From the NCBI GenBank assembly GCA_029856045.1, contig JAHQWG010000039.1:32001-96000 (forward strand): DNA of 64,000 bases, in the 5' to 3' direction. The notes under the pieces were generated by a model. The model made no database searches. It was not told the DNA's origin and saw only the letters and a program-made list of their open reading frames with translations. Made by a program: the position numbers and the translations under genes. This document shows positions 59,847-64,000 of the stretch, piece after piece (the stretch's first letter is position 1; every line of letters begins with the position of its first letter). The stretch comes from Promethearchaeia archaeon. GTDB lineage: Archaea; Asgardarchaeota; Lokiarchaeia; Sigyniarchaeales; SOKP01.

Positions 59847-60099
59847 GATTTATCAACTTATTTAAGAGGAAATTTATATTTAATTATATTTCTACAATTA
59901 ATAATTATATTAAAAATTAATAGATATTAAAAAATACCGATATTAAAAATTTAAGCAAATAAAAATAGAGAAAAGGAGATTTTAAAAAAAAAAGAACCAT
60001 AAAAGCTTTATTTCTAAATATATTTTAAGTACTTATAGATAATCTAAAAGTTTATTCTTATTTATAGTTAAAGATCGTTATATTTAGAGTATAAGAACT

Positions 60100-60756
60100 A
60101 TGAAAAAAAATTCTGGAAATAAAAAATTAAAAGTAGAAGATGAGTGGGAAGCCTATGATTATAATGCTAATTTGACATATAAAGTAGAAAATGTTGTTGG
60201 GACAGTAATTACAGATATTATTGAACCAATTGATTTGAATCTAATTGCACACTACGATGAAAATGTTCAATACAATCCTGAAAAATTTCCGGGGTTAGTT
60301 ATGAGAATTGAAAAGCCACGTGGCACCGCATTAATATTTTCTACAGGAAAAATGGTTATTACTGGTCTTAGAGCAGCATCTGAAGCAGATAAAGTTGTTC
60401 AAAAAATTATCAAGAATATAAAAAAAGTGGGAATAGAAATAAAAAATCCGGTAATAACCGTTCAAAATATTGTAGCGAGTGGGGATCTCCATACAAACAT
60501 AGATTTAAATATGGCTACTGTCGTTATGGACGATGCAATGTATGAACCTGAAGTTTTCCCTGGATTAATTTATAGAATGCAAGATCCAAAAACTGTATTT
60601 CTTGTTTTTTCAACTGGAAGAATTGTCTGTACTGGGGCTAAAACCAAATCAGCAGTTCGAGAAGCAGTTCTCAAATTAAACAAGTATGTTCGAGAGATAG
60701 GAATTGCCAAGAAGAATTTAGCTCCATTTGATAATGATGGATTTGATTTTTTCTAA
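60100..60756 (+). CDS. tbp: TATA-box-binding protein
   Basis: Two repeats: VENVV...YNPEKFPGLVMR...IFSTGKMVITG and VQNIVAS...YEPEVFPGLIYR...VFSTGRIVCTG. Confidence 0.97.
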   Translation: MKKNSGNKKLKVEDEWEAYDYNANLTYKVENVVGTVITDIIEPIDLNLIAHYDENVQYNPEKFPGLVMRIEKPRGTALIFSTGKMVITGLRAASEADKVVQKIIKNIKKVGIEIKNPVITVQNIVASGDLHTNIDLNMATVVMDDAMYEPEVFPGLIYRMQDPKTVFLVFSTGRIVCTGAKTKSAVREAVLKLNKYVREIGIAKKNLAPFDNDGFDFF

Positions 60757-61037
60757 CTATGTCTATTTTTTTTTTTAAGACATTTATTATGTTTTCTTTC
60801 ATCGTGGTAGAGCTCTGATTATAATTTCTACTTTGTTTGTATCTTTCTAATTTATTCCAATTAGGATTATTTTAATCAGATAGGTCTATTTAGATAAATA
60901 AAATTTTAGAGTTTATTTTTGGGAGTTTAATATTTATTATAAAATAATTTTATTAATATAATTAATAGAGTAAAATATTTAATAGAGATCAACAATAATA
61001 TAAGTTGAAATTATTATTTTAAAACTGATTAGAAACA

Positions 61038-61829
61038 ATGTCTTCAAAACTTTTCCCGTATTTATTAAAAAACAATCAATGGATAAAGTTAGATGAAATT
61101 TCCAGTGATGATGTAGCAGTTTTAGTAGATACTTCGAGAGATATCATTTGGTATCTAGAAGGAGAGAAAGCTACAGCAAGAATAAAATTTGATGCAAGGG
61201 GGCTTTTAGGAGAATTGAAAAAAAAGTATGTACCATATAAATTTAAAAAAATAGATAGTAGAGCCCCCATTGATGTTTTAGACAAAATAGAGGAATTAAA
61301 GAAAAGTAGTTCAACTCTAAGTATGAAATTTAGAGGTAAAGAAATTCAAGAATTTTCAAAATACCTGTATTCTTTAAATATTATTGCTGGGATATTACAA
61401 GTAATTGGCATGATAATCATTACAGGCGCCCTTTTTTGGCCTCAGGTTTATGATTCCCAATCATATTTGAATTATATTATAGATTCTAATCACTTTGACT
61501 TTTATATAGAATTAGATTCACTATTACTCTTTTTATCCTTGATAATTTTTATCTTTACATCATTTTTTGGAATAATTGTGAGAAGAAAAATGTTCGCTAC
61601 GAGTTCAATTTTTTTAGCGGTAATAATATTTTTTTCATTGTTATATATTAGAATTGGACCTGCATTATTATATTTTCAGGCTACCACACCTTTTCCTAAT
61701 ATTTTAATAAGAGTAGATGCTTTCTTATTTTTCATTATTGGATTAGAGATTACATTAATTATATCAATTATGGGCTCAATTATCCCAGGAACATATTGCT
61801 TAATAAAGAAAAATATTAAAAAAAATTAA
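61038..61829 (+). CDS. Membrane protein with N-terminal gelsolin-like domain and ~4 TM helices
   Basis: ISSDDVAVLVDTSRDIIWYLEGEKATARIKFDA resembles the gelsolin core (LxSxDVxxLD...IxxWxGxxA...K..A); four hydrophobic segments follow. Confidence 0.55.
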   Translation: MSSKLFPYLLKNNQWIKLDEISSDDVAVLVDTSRDIIWYLEGEKATARIKFDARGLLGELKKKYVPYKFKKIDSRAPIDVLDKIEELKKSSSTLSMKFRGKEIQEFSKYLYSLNIIAGILQVIGMIIITGALFWPQVYDSQSYLNYIIDSNHFDFYIELDSLLLFLSLIIFIFTSFFGIIVRRKMFATSSIFLAVIIFFSLLYIRIGPALLYFQATTPFPNILIRVDAFLFFIIGLEITLIISIMGSIIPGTYCLIKKNIKKN

Positions 61830-61862
61830 GATTCCATTTAAGTTATTTTTAAATATAAAATA

Positions 61863-62495
61863 ATGCCATCAAAATTTCGTTTACGCTATATTTTTAGACC
61901 GTTAATTAATAGATTAGCAAAAATATTGGCAAAAATTGGTCTTACTCCAAATTATGCTACGGGAATTATGCTCATTTTATCTTTTTTTTGCTTTATATTT
62001 CTTACAGTTTTGAAAATTGAATGGTTATTTGGTATTTTTGTTTTTTTAGTAGGTATATTCGATGGAGTAGATGGCGCAATTGCAAGATGTTTGGATAGAG
62101 AATCAAGATTTGGAGGATTTTTGGATTCAATTGCTGATAGATTCTCCGAATTTATAATCTTCTTAGCAATTTTACTTCATTTTTGGTACCAAAAATATTG
62201 GAATTTGATTGAAATTAATTTTATTATTTACATTTCATTGGGAGCTTCTCTTCTTATTAGCTATGCTCGAACACGAGCACAAAATATTTCTCCGGGAGAT
62301 TATGATATTGGATTAATGGGAAGATCTGAAAGATTATTTTTTATCTCAATATCTTCTATTTTAGGGTGGCTTTGGGAGTGCCTTCCCATATTTATGATAT
62401 TAACGGTTAGCACGACCATTTTTAGATTAGTTAAAGCCTGTTCAATCATCAAAAAAGAAGAATTTTTAAAATCTAACTCGAATAGTAAATTCTGA
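61863..62495 (+). CDS. CDP-alcohol phosphatidyltransferase
   Basis: TPN, DGVDGAIAR...G.FLDSIADR, SYARTRA, GRSER. Confidence 0.95.
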   Translation: MPSKFRLRYIFRPLINRLAKILAKIGLTPNYATGIMLILSFFCFIFLTVLKIEWLFGIFVFLVGIFDGVDGAIARCLDRESRFGGFLDSIADRFSEFIIFLAILLHFWYQKYWNLIEINFIIYISLGASLLISYARTRAQNISPGDYDIGLMGRSERLFFISISSILGWLWECLPIFMILTVSTTIFRLVKACSIIKKEEFLKSNSNSKF

Positions 62496-62681
62496 AATAG
62501 AATGATAATTTTGAGATAGAATAAAATATTAAAATATTACCCAAATAATAATAATTTTTAATAACAATTATGTAAATCTATATAATAACCTATAAGACTA
62601 GAGAAGTTTATTTAAATATCACGATTAGTATATAATATATTAAGTCCAATGAAAGGTTTTTTTAAGATAGTCTAATTTAAG

Positions 62682-63221
62682 GTGAGAAAGATGAGAGATG
62701 TCGTTTTTAAGATGTTTATTTGTGGGGAGGGCGGTGTAGGGAAGACTACATTAACTAATCGATATGTTAAAGGGATTTTTAAAGACCAAACGATGACTAT
62801 TGGACTTGACTTTTACCTCAAAGATGTTGAAATTGAAGGTAGAAAGGTTTCTCTACAAATATGGGATTTTGCCGGTGAATCACGTTTCAGAGCCTTAATT
62901 GGTGGTTATGTGAGAGGAGCTACGGGAGGAATTTTCATGTATGACATCACAAGATATTCTACTTTAATAAATGTAGATGAGTGGTTAGACATAATTCGTC
63001 GCAATATAAAAGATAGTTATTATAATATACCTATTATTTTAGTCGGGGGAAAAGCAGATTTAGAGGAAATAAGATCTGTAACTAAAGAAGATGCAATAGA
63101 GGTTGGAAAGTCACGACATTTATACGGATTTATTGAATGTTCCGCAAAATCGGGTCAAAATGTAGAAACCGTATTCACTAGCTTAGCACGTGCAATGATG
63201 GAAAATGCTAAATTAATCTAG
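62682..63221 (+). CDS. Rab-like small GTPase (variant G3/G4)
   Basis: GEGGVGKTT, TIGLDF, LQIWDFAGE, GKAD, ECSAK. Confidence 0.93.
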   Translation: MRKMRDVVFKMFICGEGGVGKTTLTNRYVKGIFKDQTMTIGLDFYLKDVEIEGRKVSLQIWDFAGESRFRALIGGYVRGATGGIFMYDITRYSTLINVDEWLDIIRRNIKDSYYNIPIILVGGKADLEEIRSVTKEDAIEVGKSRHLYGFIECSAKSGQNVETVFTSLARAMMENAKLI

Positions 63222-63331
63222 GAAATTTTATTCTTTTTCAAATTTTATAGAAGCAACTCATAATACCGTAACAATAAAAAGATTAAATTAATTTTAGAAA
63301 ATATCATAAAACTTCAAGGAATAGATGAAAA

Positions 63332-64000
63332 ATGCTCCATAAATCTAAGAAAAATTCAAATAAAAAAGAAAAAAAAAATCATAAAGTAAAAATGCAAGAT
63401 CTTTTCATCGAAGCAGCTGAAAAGATTGAAATTGCAATTAATTATATGTGTGAAACGATAGTGGCACTCTGCAATGAAAATTTATCAGAAGTAAAAAAGT
63501 ATTCGAATCTTACTATAAAAACAGAAAAAGAAGCAGATCGTCTTTATGAACAAATTATAGAAAGAATGTATTCACGAGAAACATTAGTATTTTCTCGACC
63601 TGATCGTTTATATCTTTCCAACCAAATAGAAAAGGTTATAGATAAAGCCGAATTAGTTGTACGGCGAATTGGGAGCTATAAACCAAGCCATATTCCCGAA
63701 TTAGCAGATTTACTAATAGAAACAACAAATATTTCAAAACAGATTGGAACTCTACTTAAAGAAACTATCATTAAAGTGTTTACTGATTTTGACGCGGCAG
63801 ATAACCTTGCTAATAAAATTGAGGATATCCGCCGAGAGATAAGAAAATTAGAATGGGATTTTCTTAAGAAATTATATAAAATAAAACCCGATTTTCCAGA
63901 TCTGCTATTTTATGATAATTTAATTCAAATAATTGCGATTACTATTGATAAGGCAGAGGAATTTGCAGATGGAATCAACGGATTGATCTGTAAATATCGT
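63332..64000 (+). CDS. DUF47/PhoU-like phosphate transport regulator (partial; runs off the window end)
   Basis: Translated by hand: ...TEKEADRLYEQIIERMY...SRPDRLYLSNQIEKVIDKAE...IDKAEEFAD. Start is 63332 or 63392. Confidence 0.8.
   Translation, partial: MLHKSKKNSNKKEKKNHKVKMQDLFIEAAEKIEIAINYMCETIVALCNENLSEVKKYSNLTIKTEKEADRLYEQIIERMYSRETLVFSRPDRLYLSNQIEKVIDKAELVVRRIGSYKPSHIPELADLLIETTNISKQIGTLLKETIIKVFTDFDAADNLANKIEDIRREIRKLEWDFLKKLYKIKPDFPDLLFYDNLIQIIAITIDKAEEFADGINGLICKYR

Overview
AT-rich (roughly 30% GC by eye) chromosomal window, very probably from an Asgard archaeon of the Lokiarchaeia/Promethearchaeota. The assignment rests on archaeal information genes (thermosome, TBP, Pth2, archaeal AspRS, type II MetAP, L40e, L38e, Alba-like) occurring with eukaryotic-signature proteins (two Rab-like GTPases, longin-like domains, a JAMM/MPN+ protein, a gelsolin-like domain) and a surface protein ending in an IPGY/TM (Loki-CTERM-like) tail. 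Content in order: sugar, alcohol and aldehyde metabolism (1-9 kb); a translation/chaperone cluster (9-17 kb); a 730-bp ORF-free gap that looks like a ~630-nt structured non-coding RNA with its own TATA box, closing stem, repeated hairpins and T-tract terminator (17.3-17.95 kb, the top finding); housekeeping and ABC genes; a beta-oxidation/methylmalonyl-CoA mutase/ETF cluster (27-36 kb); two paralogous tandem-wHTH/TPR regulators, one divergent from two tiny ORFs; DtxR-ZIP and TetR-methyltransferase modules with readable operators; a 1372-aa double beta-propeller surface protein with hypervariable positions; a TPR-longin plus GTPase module; a thiolase remnant; TBP; and a membrane-anchored gelsolin-like protein. 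I saw no rRNA, tRNA, CRISPR array, transposase or integrase. All calls come from reading motifs by eye; no database search or folding calculation was run.
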